Positions 1 to 15,397 of a stretch of DNA of 64,000 nucleotides are shown here, piece after piece. The notes under the pieces are model-generated. The model was not told the origin of the DNA and did no database searches. It saw nothing but the letters and a program-made list of their open reading frames with translations. The DNA is taken from the NCBI RefSeq assembly GCF_009914755.1, contig NC_060934.1; one strand, given 5' to 3'. Position numbers and translations under genes: made by a program. Every line of letters starts with the position of its first letter. Within the stretch, counting starts at the first letter, position 1. The stretch comes from the human T2T-CHM13v2.0 reference genome, Homo sapiens.

Positions 1-219
<219 letters not shown>

Positions 220-1432
220 TCACCTATTTTATATGCATAGATTTGGAAAGTAATGTGCACCCAATACATTTACGTTACGAATATGTGATTTATATATAAT
301 TTATAAGATCCTGCCTACTGGAAATCTATTGAGCCAGCATAGCACTAAGAACTTAAATATGTTTTAAATGAATCGTACCCTCCCAGTAGGTAATTTGCTT
401 TTCTTGTTCCATGGAATGGTTTTGCTTGGGCAATTTGAACATACCTGTATTCATGAATTTCCTTTCCCCAAACTCCTTTTTGCTTTTTCTCCTTCTACAC
501 ATGCTAAATCTTGCTGCTTGTAATTTTTATAGATTTGTTAAGAAGATAAGGTTTATGTTACTTGTAAGTATAGCACACTTAAATTCACATTATTCTCCTT
601 TTCTTATATTTCCCACTGATATTTTACTCTTTTAATATTATATCACTGTTTTAATCAATGTTCATGTCAACCAATTTCCAGACAGTGAGTGCTAAGAACA
701 AACAAGAGCGTTTCTATTAAGCATGAGTGAACACAGTTCTTTATTTCTGAATCAGTGACATCCTGAAAGTCCTTTTTAGATTAGTATCTGTAATTTGAAA
801 AGTGTGTTTTCCTGGAAGCATTGTAACACCTGGAGATTTCCCAGACCTACCTGTTTATCTCTTAGGAAGTCCCAGAGCACCATAGGAACCAGACTGTGCC
901 CTGAGTAGAACCAAGAATTAACATGGGCAAGGATGCACCCTTATGTGTATGTCATGTGTGGGTGTTAAAATCTAGCACAGAAATTAATCCGCTAAAGAAC
1001 AGAGTAGAGGGAGGACAGAATGTTATTCATGAAGGAGGTAAGTTAAGATCATATGTGTATCAATGTACTGAGGGCTGATAAAATTTGAAAATGCTGAGTA
1101 TTAGTACACAAAGGTGAGCTTTTCTGATAATGGCCTAAAGGTCAGTAGTGACTGCTGATCTGGACTGGCCAAACTGAAACACTGCAATCACTGGCTATTC
1201 TAGTAACCACTAGTTTGGTGCCAAGTTCAGTGCAATAGAACCAGGAAAATGTGTTCCCACAGCTAATGTTCTGTTCAAGGTAAGATATGAAGGTTTTTCT
1301 TTTTTACTTATGGGATACACTGTTTTTCCCACATTTCAAGAACTTCCATTTCTATTGACATGTGTATGTTACTCTAAATTATAGTAAATACTTTTAAAGA
1401 AAAAAAAGTATCCTGTAAGTTTAAGTGAGTAG

Positions 1433-1621
<189 letters not shown>

Positions 1622-2339
1622 TAAAAAGCTAAACTTTAAAGTACATCATTTGCAGTTTTATACTCACAATTTCATTTCTTAAGATATTTCACTTTATATA
1701 TAGATGAATGACAAAGCACTCTTACTGAATATTGCATCTTTGGAGTGATATGGTGTTTAAAAGTAATGTCATGTACAGTGTTATGGTAAAGTAATCAGAT
1801 ACCTCAGTTTTCCTAGCAAAAACTGAGTTTTTATCTGTTTTCTTGGAGTAATTATTAACAAAAACTCCTGTTATTTAATAAAAGTACTTCAGTTTGGATG
1901 ATAAATTATTATATGGTCATCTGATTGTAAGCAATATATCATATCCAAAATCTATATTCAAGCTCAATCAAAGTAATTTTAATTACTCATTGGTTTCTTA
2001 ATTATGCTTGTTAATTTCTCAGAATCAATGATGTCAGACCCAAAAACATTTGAGAGAAAGATTCATAGAAAAATGCATATTTTGGACTTGAATTCTCACC
2101 TTGCCACCAACTTTCTGACATTAAGTAAATTATTTTGTAGCTTATTTCATACTTTAGGAATTTTTTCTCTTTTCTCCCAAAATATCTGTGGCATTTTGAG
2201 ATCTGGGTACATAATAAAACAAACATGACATATGAAAAATGGGAGTAATGATGGAAAACAAAAAGCTGTTCATCCAAAATTCTAAACGAATATCCTGTGA
2301 ATCTAGGGTCCTCAGAACCCTCACCCATTTTACAGAGTG

Positions 2340-3230
2340 ACATGGTGGTTAAGAAAAGAAGTTTTAGAGTCACATGGTCTTAGGTTTGGATCCTGATCCT
2401 GCTGCTTAGTTGTTGAGTGACCTTGCTCATGATAGTTGACCTCTTTAAGCTTCATTTCCATATCTGCAAAAGAATTTACTAATAACTGCCTCACCATGTT
2501 GTTGTAGAGACTAAATGTAGCAATAGGGTACTTAGGAGAGGCATAGGAAAGGTGTTCTATCAGTGGTGGCTATTATCATCTTTATTTGCTTTTTCAGAAT
2601 CCATCTAAACTATGATATTTGCCCTTTGCCTCCAAAAGAAGATGTGCTCTTCCATCTTGGGATCCAGCACTGTAACATGTTGGAGCTTAGAGATGTTCTA
2701 GTCTAATCTCAGAGCTCTGTACAGAAGAACACCAAATGCCAGAAAGATTAAGTGATTTGCCCAAGATCACACACTGAGTTAGTGAACTAAAATCCCAGAT
2801 GTTCACTCCCTGCCCATTTGCTTTTCACTGACTTACCTGCTTCCCATTTTAAAAGCTCACCCTGCCCCTTCTCCAATGTATCCTTCCCCTTCCCCCCACT
2901 GGCAGATACACATCTGCTATGAAAGCGTTCTATTCCTGAAATACTCCTGATGTAGATTAAGTGATGTCTATGGGTGTTATTTAGTATCCACTGCAATAAA
3001 TGCTAGCAGCTAGTATTGTTGACTGCCTACATTGTGCTAGGCACTATGCCATTGTCTCATTTAATCCTCACAGCAACCGCACGAGGCAGTTACTATTATT
3101 GCCCCATTTTATAGATGAGGAGGCTAAATCTACAAAGTTTAGTGACTGCAAAGAGTCACCTAGATGATAAGTTCATGGAGCCAGAATTTCTAAGTTTAGA
3201 GTTGATGGCCTTAACCATTACTCAGTATTT
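2340..3230. mobile_element. MIR fragments (about 2340-2580 on +, about 3000-3230 on -)
   Basis: MIR core-like gtgaccttg...catatctgcaaa and cccattttatagatgagg. Confidence 0.6.
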
Positions 3231-3639
3231 CCATCCTATGCAAAAGATCATGCTGGGCATTTGAAGAAGGGGTGGATAGAATAGTGCATAAGATGTGATC
3301 CTTACCTCCAAGAGCTTGATGCTGAAGGAAAAGTATACCCATATAACAAAGCTGAACAAGGTAACTCAGATAAGGTTTTTTTTTCTAAACTAAGGAAGGT
3401 TACAGAGACAAAACAGCCTTGACAGTATCCTGAATTTAAAATAGAAAACAAAAACCAAACAGCGAAATAGTGCTATTGAAACAATTGGAGAAATTTGAGA
3501 CTAAGCTACATGTCAGAAGATGTTAGTGCACAAAGAATATCTTTTTGTGTATATACACACACCAAGTATTGGCATTGCGCGAGAGGGTGTAAGTCTGGGA
3601 GTAAGAGACAACAGCGATGGTGAACTGAGTGCCTTGTGA

Positions 3640-6590
<2,951 letters not shown>

Positions 6591-6904
6591 CATGGACTTT
6601 AAATGAATGAAAGCTGGTGACAGGCAATCAGTGATTAGAGAATGGCACTAGAGGAAAAGAGGACAACAAGAGGCTGACATCTGCTTGTCTCCTCTGAAGA
6701 TGGGACCTAGTGGGGTCTCTGTTGGGCAGTGGTGAGAGATGTGGGGTGTTTAGGGCATAAGCAGGTTTTAATTATGGCAAGATGATCAATGGAGGATAAA
6801 AAGGGGAAAATAAGATGGAACACAAGTGCCTCAGTTAAGAGACAGGAGAATTGTGAAAGAAGCATCAACAAAAAAAGAGGCAAAAGGATACAAGGAGGAA
6901 AGCC

Positions 6905-7090
6905 TAAGATTTGAGCCCTATAGACCTGGGTTTGAATCTGCACTCCACTTCTTACTAGCCATGGCAACTAGGATCAGTCTGTTTTCTCATCTGCAAATTG
7001 AAAATAACAAGAATCTAAGGCTTTGCAGTGTTGTCCTTAGAATTAGAAATAATGTTTGTGATATACCTGGCAGATAGTTGATATTTAATA
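6905..7090 (+). mobile_element. MIR
   Basis: agacctgggtttgaatc...ctcatctgcaaattg core. Confidence 0.65.
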
Positions 7091-7399
7091 TTCTTAAAAC
7101 AGAAATAAGCTGAATAGGTATGAAAATTCAAGTCAGTAACTCAGAAGAGGATGATCTGCTCCTTCAATACCCATCATGATGCTACTTGACCTTCCCCGTC
7201 AAGTATCCACTGAGCTCAGGATGCCCTGAAAGACCTTGCCAAAGGTTTTTTTCTTTTTCTTTTCCTTTTAATTCCCTATTCAGAACAGACCAGAATAGAG
7301 GCATATTCCATCTGCAGGCTACGTTCTAGACCTCTCCTTTCACCATTATTTTCATTCATTTGCATATATGTCCAATGGCCTTGCCCTCTCTCCTTCAAT

Positions 7400-9715
7400 T
7401 ATATTCAACTGGCAAACTCCAATGCTGAGTAAAATCAAAACAATTTAATCCCACTTAAAATTATGGCCACTCCTTAGGCAGGCCCTTAGTTACTTTGCAA
7501 TATTACATTTCCCTAAAAATTCCTTATGCCACTTTCCCTGTCCACTCTTTCAAACTTCCTCCTCTCTCCTCAAACCCTCCAAACTTCCTGGCTCTCAGCT
7601 GACAACCTTCTTTTATAACAGTAGCAGATAACAGACACATGCTGAATATATCAGTCGTCCTACCACTTACCTATCTACTTCCCTCAGGATTCTATGGATG
7701 ACCTTTCCACCCTCCTAGCTAAAGTGAAACCTTCCCTTTGTGCACTAAATCCAAGTGCTATCATTGACTCAAGGACATTGTCCTGCAATTGTCCCCTCAC
7801 TCTTCTGCACCTTGAATGTTTGTTCTCTTTACGAAATCATTTCTGGCAATTAGTGAACATGATGCATTCAGATCCATCTTAAAAAACATCCTTGACCCAA
7901 TCCCCCCCTACAACCACCCATTTTTTCTGCTCTTCAGTATAGTAAATGAATAATACATGAAAGAGTAATGATACTACCTCCTGCACATTCTTTCTTCCTA
8001 TTCTCTTGAGCCGCTTCAAGGTCAGGTTTCCTCTCCCAGCACGACACTGAAATTGCCTCTGCCAAGGTTAACAGTGACCTCCGTTTTGCCATGCTCTGTG
8101 ATTTAACACCTATGTTACTCATTTTTTCTTTAAGTACTTCATTCACTGGCCTTCAGGACAGCACTTCTCTTGGTTTGCCTCTTACTTTACTGGCTGCTCT
8201 TTCTCATTCTCCCTGCTGACTTTTCTCATTTCACTGATCTCTCAGTAATGGAGTGTCCCAGACCTTTGCTTTATCAACATGCACTCTCATGACCTTAAAT
8301 ATTGTCTGAGTACTTAAAATTCCTGGCCTGGCACTGTGGGTCATGCCTGTAATCCCAGCACTTTGGAAGGCTAAGGCAGGAGGATCACTTGAGCTCAGGA
8401 GTTCAAGACCAGCCGGGGTAACATTAGTGGGATCCTGTCTTTACAAAAACATAAAAATAAAAAAAGGAGCCAGGCGTAGTGGCTCATGCCTGTAGTCCCA
8501 GCTACTCAGGAAGCTGAGGCTGGAGGATCAGTTGAGCTTTGGAGGTTGAGGCTGCAGTGAGGCTGTTATTGTACCACTGCACTTTAGCCTGGGTGACAGA
8601 GTGAGAAAGAGCGAAAAGAGAGAGAGAAGGGAGGGAGGGAGGGAGGGAAGGAAGGAAGGAAGAAAGGAAGGAAGGAAGGGAGGGAGGGAAGGAATTGTCT
8701 TTGTACTTAAAATTTGTGAACTGAAATATCTAGCCTTGCCATGACTTATATATTTGATATCTTCTTGAATATCTAATAAATATCTCAAACTTAGCATAAC
8801 CAAAACTAAAATGTTTATCCCACTGCAAAAATTATGCTTCTCTGCAGCCTTCCCCATCTCATTAAATGACAGTTCCATCCTTCCAGTTTTTAAGCCAAAA
8901 GCCTTGGCGACATTCTTGGTTCTTCTCTTTCACACCCCACGTTTAATCCATCAGTGAGCCAACCCTTTCAGTTCTACTTCCAAGTATGACCATAATCTGG
9001 CCAGTTCTCACCTCCTCCTCCACAGGCCTAGTGTAAGCCACTATCGGTCTTGCTTGGATTACTACAGAATCTCTTAACAGGCCTTCCTACTTTCATCCTG
9101 GCAGACAGATCCTGTTATGAGTGATTCCTCTGCACAGAACCCTTCAATGTTTCTCTCACTGTGAGGAGAAGTCAAGTCCTTGACATGGTCTCAAATTATC
9201 TGAACACTAAATTATCCGAACACTCTATCCTCATTCCTCCTTCTCTCATCTCTTGCTATTTCCCCCTCTCGCTTACTCTTTTCAAGCCACAGTGGTCTCC
9301 TTGCTGTTCCTTGAACACGATGTGTACACTCTAGTCTTGCAGCCTTTACATTGCTTGATCTATCATCCTGGAATTACTGCCCTTCCCCACGAGATCTGCA
9401 TGGCTCACTGTCTTCCTTCAGGTCTCTCCTTATATATCACCTTGTCAGAGAGGCCTTTCCAACCACCCTGTATCAAATTGCCTGTACACACATGCACACA
9501 CACACACACACACCACTCTTTCCCCATTACCCAGCTTTACTTTTCTGTGTAGCCTCTCACCCCCTGGTGTTTTCAAGTTGTCTGTGGGTCTCCTGCACTA
9601 GACTATAAACTCCATGACAGCAAGGACTTCTGCTCACCTGTCACCTACACTGGTGGCTGGTACTTAGCAGGTGCTCAGTGAATGAATGAATGAATCAATG
9701 GGGAGTGAATGAATC
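7400..9715 (+). mobile_element. L2 remnant interrupted by an AluJ (8325-8610) with a (GGAA/GGGA)n tail
   Basis: L2 3' end tagcaggtgctcagtgaatgaatgaatgaa; the Alu is flanked by the target-site duplication (TSD) gtacttaaaatt. Confidence 0.75.
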
Positions 9716-10189
9716 TATGTAGCTGCATTTTTAGGGAATACCCCACTTTCCAGACAAGCTGCAGAATCTGAAGGTAAACATTGGCAGGGGTTCTCAGCAA
9801 TGGATTCAGAAACTTAGCCCAGCAGCCTCATTGAAAACATTGAAACACTGAAAAAGCCAACAAGGCCCATAGCTCTTGGTGTCACTAACAGAGCAGTTGG
9901 TCAGATTTTGAGTGAGCATTTTTTAAAGAAACATCTGAGCAGTTTTAAAATGCAAAATATTGAGTGTCTATTTGGGCACTTTGAGTTTTTTGTTTGACCA
10001 AAGTGTGTTAAAATTAAGGTATTAAAATAAATATTTGTTTATTGGTTGTGAATTATTGCAATCCAAACTCACCTTTCCAAACTGCACCTTCTGAAGCTTT
10101 AGTTAGCACGTATCTAAACACCATTACCAGGCTCCACCAGCCCCTCTGCTCCTCAGCTTAGAGGAGTTTTTAAAACCTGTTGAGAATTA

Positions 10190-10830
10190 TCGCAGATACG
10201 TTTGGCCATTATCCAGTCGTTTCGATTGTGCCTTTCCTAAATGTCCGCGGTTGGCAGAACGTGGGAGGAAGAGGACCCGCCTAACTCGGGGTAGGTGGGG
10301 ACGCGCTGCTCACTGTGGTGAGGTTGACACTTGGGCCCTGGGTTTCACTTGCAGGTGCTGGGCGGCGGAGAGCCCCGAGAAGGAGGAGGAGAGAGAGCCA
10401 GCAGCCAACCCCTACGACTTCAGGAGGCTCCTGCGCAAAACCTCCCAGCGCCGGCGCCTCGTCCAGCAGTCCTAACCGTTCAACGAGGCAGTCACCGCCG
10501 TCGGAAGGCGCTGGAGCCTGCGGGGCAGCAGGGGCCAAGCAGGCACTCTGGGGCTGGCACCAGCAGGCACTGAAGCTGCGGCCCTGATCTCCGCAGAGGC
10601 TGCCTGCTGCGCTCGGCCCTCAAGTGCCCGGGCCGGCCTTCGTGCTCCGAAACAAGAGACCTGGGAGCCCTCGGGAAACCTCCCCCGACGCTCTCTCTCG
10701 GAACTCCCGCACCCTCCTTTCTCACCAGCCCGCCAGTTGTGGCAACCCTGTCCTTGTTCCCCTAATCTATCACTTTGTTCTTTTTTTTTGTGACTCCTGT
10801 GGACTCCACTGCGCCTGGGATCTCGCCAAC
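10190..10830. promoter_or_regulatory. CpG island over the MYO3A last exon
   Basis: Abrupt switch from AT-rich intron to GC/CpG-dense sequence; boundaries judged by eye. Confidence 0.75.
10355..10475 (+). CDS. MYO3A: Myosin IIIA, terminal coding exon with DFRxxL actin-binding motif (tail homology domain II)
   Basis: Acceptor ttcacttgcag|G. Encodes [39 protein letters not shown], stop TAA at 10473-10475. DFRRLL at 10416-10433. Confidence 0.96.
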
Positions 10831-11050
10831 CCCTCTCTCATTTGGGGTGACTGAATTCACAGATTTTTTTTTTTATTGGAAACGGCTTTTCTTGGCCAAC
10901 AGAACACTTGCTAGCGGTTGAATCTTAGAGAAAAAAGCCCGGGAGGGGTGGGGAGAATTTCGAAGATGTATTTCATCTCAAGCTTGCTCTTTCTCTTCCT
11001 TTGGTTATTAAGGTCACTAAATAAAGGAAGTGCCTTGGAAAACCCGTGGT
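10476..11050 (+). other. MYO3A: MYO3A 3' UTR (end approximate)
   Basis: Lies between the stop codon and the first AATAAA with a downstream GT-rich element. Confidence 0.75.
11020..11025 (+). terminator. Polyadenylation signal of MYO3A
   Basis: AATAAA followed about 20 nt later by GT-rich ccgtggtttgcgtg. Confidence 0.8.
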
Positions 11051-14000
11051 TTGCGTGACTGATCCCTCATTTTCCCCTCTAGGGCTTCTGAGGGGCTTCT
11101 GCTATAAGGCTGTGCTGGTGACGGGCCCAAGGAGGGGCGTTGAGGTGCCTTCATCAGCGAACTCCCAGCACCACCCAGCCACTTCAGACAAACACAATCT
11201 AAGCTAAAACCCCTTGCCACACAAACGCAGAGGCCTCCAATGTCTAAATCCCCAACACACCACACGTGCTCGCCTGCACGATGCCTTCCCAATCTGCGTG
11301 ACTGTCTTTGGCCCCATCTATAAAGATGCTAGTGCCCCCACTGGGTGGAACTGTCAGATTTCAGGTTCTCCCGGTCTGCAGATTTGGGGCCATCTTTGCT
11401 ACTCCGACTTTGTGTGTATTTAAAATGGGGGAGGCTAGTGGGTGGACAGAAGTTTGCATTCCTGGGTTGACTGCACCTTATTCTAAAACCCGGTTTAAGC
11501 TGTTTTATGAAACTGACATTCCCATCTAAGCAACCTGGAGAGGGTGAGGACAGATGATGAGGTCGTTGCATGGAATTGGAAGAAGGGTTCTGATCACGAT
11601 GGGGCTCACCCCTTGTGTGGGTGCCCTTGGCTCCTGCACCCACAAGCCGGAGTCAAAAGACTCTGGGGAAATATTCGAGGAGTGAGTGAGGGCATGTGCA
11701 GAGGGCTCAGAGCGTTTGTTGCGCCGCTGGTCCACAGGGCATAGTAATCTCGCCAACTCAAAGAGTTGGCACCAAAAGGTCCCCAGAGCCAACTCGTGTA
11801 ATCTCTTCATTTTACAGATGCAATGTGGCCAAGGGAAAACCTGCAGCTATGGCATGGCAGAGTCCAAGTGCCCTCCAGGCCTTCTTTTTCCCTGGGTTAG
11901 CGGCACAGTCTTGCTGGGGTTGCGACTGAAAGTAAGGAGTAACCCTCAGCTGTGCAAATGCACTGAGGAGCTGAGTATGGCCCAGTACCCAGGAAACCAG
12001 CACAGCAGGTCACCAGAGAGAGGGGCTTGGGAGGGGCAGGGGTGTCTAAAGCCCAAAGTGGCCTGGCCCCCTTCCACCTCTAGCTGCCTGTCCACTTGCC
12101 TCCAGAAGGCCTGGGTTTGTGGGGAGGGCGGAGCAGGGGCCAGGGGTAAGGAGCAGTAAGCTAAGCTCAGCTTTTCTGCCTGGCCACCCTTCAATCTAGG
12201 CGTCCTTCTTGGGTGGCCCCTGAAGACAAGAGCCCTGGCACTCAGCCCCTTCTGTTATTTCTGTTGGTGTAGGGAGAATTTATGGAGGGAGGCAACAGAC
12301 TCCCTCCCTAAATTTTTCCTGCACCAATGTTTTAAGTGAGAATAGAAAAGAGAATGGCAAAGGCTTGGTGAATGCTTGGTTGCAATATTTTTGTGTTCTT
12401 CCGTGGTTGTTTCCTCTTTTTCTTTCCATCTTCCCTTCTTTCTCTGTCCTTTGACATTTAAGCACGGGAAGGACACAGGAAAATGTGTGCCAGACACTCT
12501 TCTTTGGGTCAGCCTGAGACCCATATGTTGGTAAACCAGACACCTAAGGAAACTGTCCCTACAAGTCGGAGGATTGGGTCTCTCGCCCCTCATCTGAGGA
12601 AGGGCCTTCCAAAGCGGCCGCCTTCCCTTCCCATTCACTGGCTGCCTCCTTTGTGAACTAATGACTGTAATTATTACCTCCCAGAGCTCTTTTGTTGTCT
12701 CCAACCCCAAGCCCCGGAGAGGGGGAATGGGCTCTTTAGTGAAATGAAAGTCATTACAAAGCAAATTACCGTCTAGGGAGGGACAGCCTTCAGGAAAGAC
12801 AAATCAGATCTCCATCTGCATCTGAAGTAGGGTGTGTTTAAATAAAAAATGTAAATATCACCATTAGATCCAAAGTACTCCAGAGCTGTGGGATTTAATG
12901 GAGTTTAAACGGTAGCACTTGAAGCCATTGCTTTACCAAAAAGAAAAAAAAATCAGTTAAATTCAGGTGTTTTAATCCGTTTCTTCTTTGGGGGTTTTGT
13001 GTGATTTAAACGCTTGCTTTTAAGAACCTTTATGTTTTCAACCACTCATCCATAGTAGAAAAGTTCTGCAACCCTAGACTGCTGGCTTGAAGGAAAACCT
13101 TTGCAGGATTTGATATGGATTTCAACAAAGAACCAGCCTCTGCGAGGCTGGAGAGAGCTGCGGAGCTGCCATGCCTGAAGTGCAGATGGCTGAACCACAA
13201 GTCTTTAGGTTTCCGGAGTTGTTATTGTGGTGACCTAGAGTGTCAGAGCCAGGAGAGCAAGAAAGAGGAGCCAAACTGAGCCCTGAGTTTTCGACCACCC
13301 GGGCTCCCACAGCCTGGAACAGACTTCACCTAGCACGCTCAGTGCCAGCCTTCGGCAGGACGCTATCAACGCCCGACTGGTTTCCTGCTCTCATCCTGGC
13401 GCCTGGGCCCAGTTGCCATAGTGTGGATCCCATGACTCCTCAGGGAACCCCTGGACTCAGGCACGCGAGAAGAAGACAGCGCTTTGTGGAGAGAATTGAC
13501 CAGGGACAGTTATGCTCGAGCACACAGGACTTGGGCCTGTATGCGTCCAGCATGGGCCCCAGGATGTCCCTTCTAAGCGAGGGTCGAGGGGTGCTCGCCC
13601 AGACGGGATCCCCGGGTCTCTGCTTTGTTAGCAGCTTTGGTGGCTGGTTCAGGAGGTCAGAGAAATAAAACGACTTGTGAACACAATGGAAATGACAGGC
13701 GCTCTGGCCAGGCGCGGGGAAGGCAGCCGCCTCGGGAAGCCGACCTCAGCCCTTTCCTCTCTCTCCCTCCCTCCGTCTCCCCCAGAGCCCCGGAGCTCCG
13801 AGGTGCACTTGAAGTTCATCTCCACTGCCAGGAGAACGCAGCGCAAACTGTCAAAGGGCTCCCAATCCTTAGGGCGTCCTCCCTGTCTGCAATAGCTTTT
13901 TGTAGAAAGGAAATCATCAGAACGATTCTGACTTTCTCCTCCTTTCTTTATTAGAAAAAGAGAAACCGCCTCCTAATACGCCTCAGAGAGAACCAATCTC

Positions 14001-14802
14001 GCGCTTCCGGGTCACCCGCTACCGCGAAGATTCTCTGGGGGCGAGGGGGGGCATTGGTTTGAAGCCCCTTAAAACGAGGGCCCTGCAGGCGATGCCTTCT
14101 TTCCTACTCGGATTTGTAAAGCCGAGATTGCTTAGTTGGAAACCCTGTTCTCCCCTCCCAGGCGCACACAGATCCCCCTTACACGCAAGCAGCGGGCGCT
14201 TCCACGCCTCCGCGGGCCAAGGTCACCAAATGCCCTGATTCCATCCCCCACCCGCCATCAATCCTGCCGACTCTGGCCGCTCTGCCTCATTCTCTTCCAA
14301 GAAGTTTCCATTCGTTTTATTTTTTTTTCCCCAGCCCGAGGTCCTCAGTAGACTCCAGCGTGGATTTTAATTGCCTCAATCAGCAGTCATTCTCCCCAGC
14401 CGTCACTCAGAGCCTGGACGGTGGGTCCCGCGATCTAGCCCTTGGCTACGCAGGAACGGTGCGCCCCCGGGTACGGCGCGGTTCAGCAGGCAGGCGTCAG
14501 GTTCTACCAAGGCGCTGAAATGAGCCCATCAGCGGGTAGGAGCCCTTCCCCCGCCGTCCCCTCCCCAGGCTCGTGAACGGCGCCTGATGCCCGCCCGGGG
14601 CGCGAGCTCTCGAGGTCGCAGTGACCTCAGCACCTGCTTGGAGGAAAACGGCGCGGGAACCCCGCTTCCTTCCCCTCAGCTGGAGCCAGACCTCAAACAA
14701 AACCCCAATCGATGCACACAGAAAACTCCTCTGGGCCACGCTTCCCGCCTCGCCGAGGTCTCCCCAGTCTGCCCCTCGCTGACGCTGGCGCGCAGCGGCT
14801 GT

Positions 14803-14823
14803 GGCAGCACCCGGGACAGCGGC
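14803..14823 (+). promoter_or_regulatory. RE1/NRSE (REST) element candidate
   Basis: GGCAGCACCCGGGACAGCGGC versus consensus TTCAGCACCnnGGACAGCGCC: both half-sites intact with the canonical 2-nt spacer. Confidence 0.65.
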
Positions 14824-15321
14824 CGCCCGCACTTCCCGCCTCTGGCTCGCCCGAGGACGCGCTGGCACGCCTCCCACCCCCTCACTCTGACTCCAGCTGG
14901 CGTGCATGGTCTGCCTCGCATCCTCACGACTCAGCTCCCTCCCTCTCTCGTGTTTTTTTCCTCCGCCGCCCCCTCATTCATCCCCACTGGGCTCCCTTTC
15001 CCTCAAATGCTCTGGGGCTCTCCGCGCTTTCCTGAGTCCGGGCTCCGAGGACCCTTAGGTAGTCCCGGTCTCTTTTAAAGCTCCCCGGCTTCCAAAGGGT
15101 TGCCACGTCCCTAAACCCTGTCTCCAGCTCGCATACACACACGCACAGACACGCACGTTTTCTGTTCCTGCGTGACACCCGCCCTCGCCGCTCGGCCCCG
15201 CCGGTCCCCGCGCGGTGCCCTCCTCCCGCCACACGGGCACGCACGCGCGCGCAGGGCCAAGCCCGAGGCAGCTCGCCCGCAGCTCGCACTCGCAGGCGAC
15301 CTGCTCCAGTCTCCAAAGCCG

Positions 15322-15397
15322 ATGGCATCTCCGGGCTCTGGCTTTTGGTCTTTCGGGTCGGAAGATGGCTCTGGGGATTCCGAGAATCCCGGCACAG
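15322..15397 (+). CDS. GAD2: Glutamate decarboxylase 2 (GAD65), coding exon 1 (76 nt)
   Basis: ATG at 15322; MASPGSGFWSFGSEDGSGDSENPGT; donor CAG|gtagga. Confidence 0.97.

Noticed and set aside
672-690. tttccag|ACA|gtgagt, a possible 3-nt microexon in MYO3A
   Set aside because: Poor pyrimidine tract and no supporting context; such matches arise by chance.
9193-9224. Short tandem duplications (16-bp x2 here, 12-bp unit at 49842-49872, 28-bp x2 at 58563-58619)
   Set aside because: Ordinary slippage duplications without spacers; not CRISPR-like or otherwise structured.
11686-12764. Intergenic ORFs of 157 aa (+) and 169 aa (-)
   Set aside because: No recognisable homology or exon signals, and the 157-aa ORF starts at a non-ATG codon; consistent with chance.
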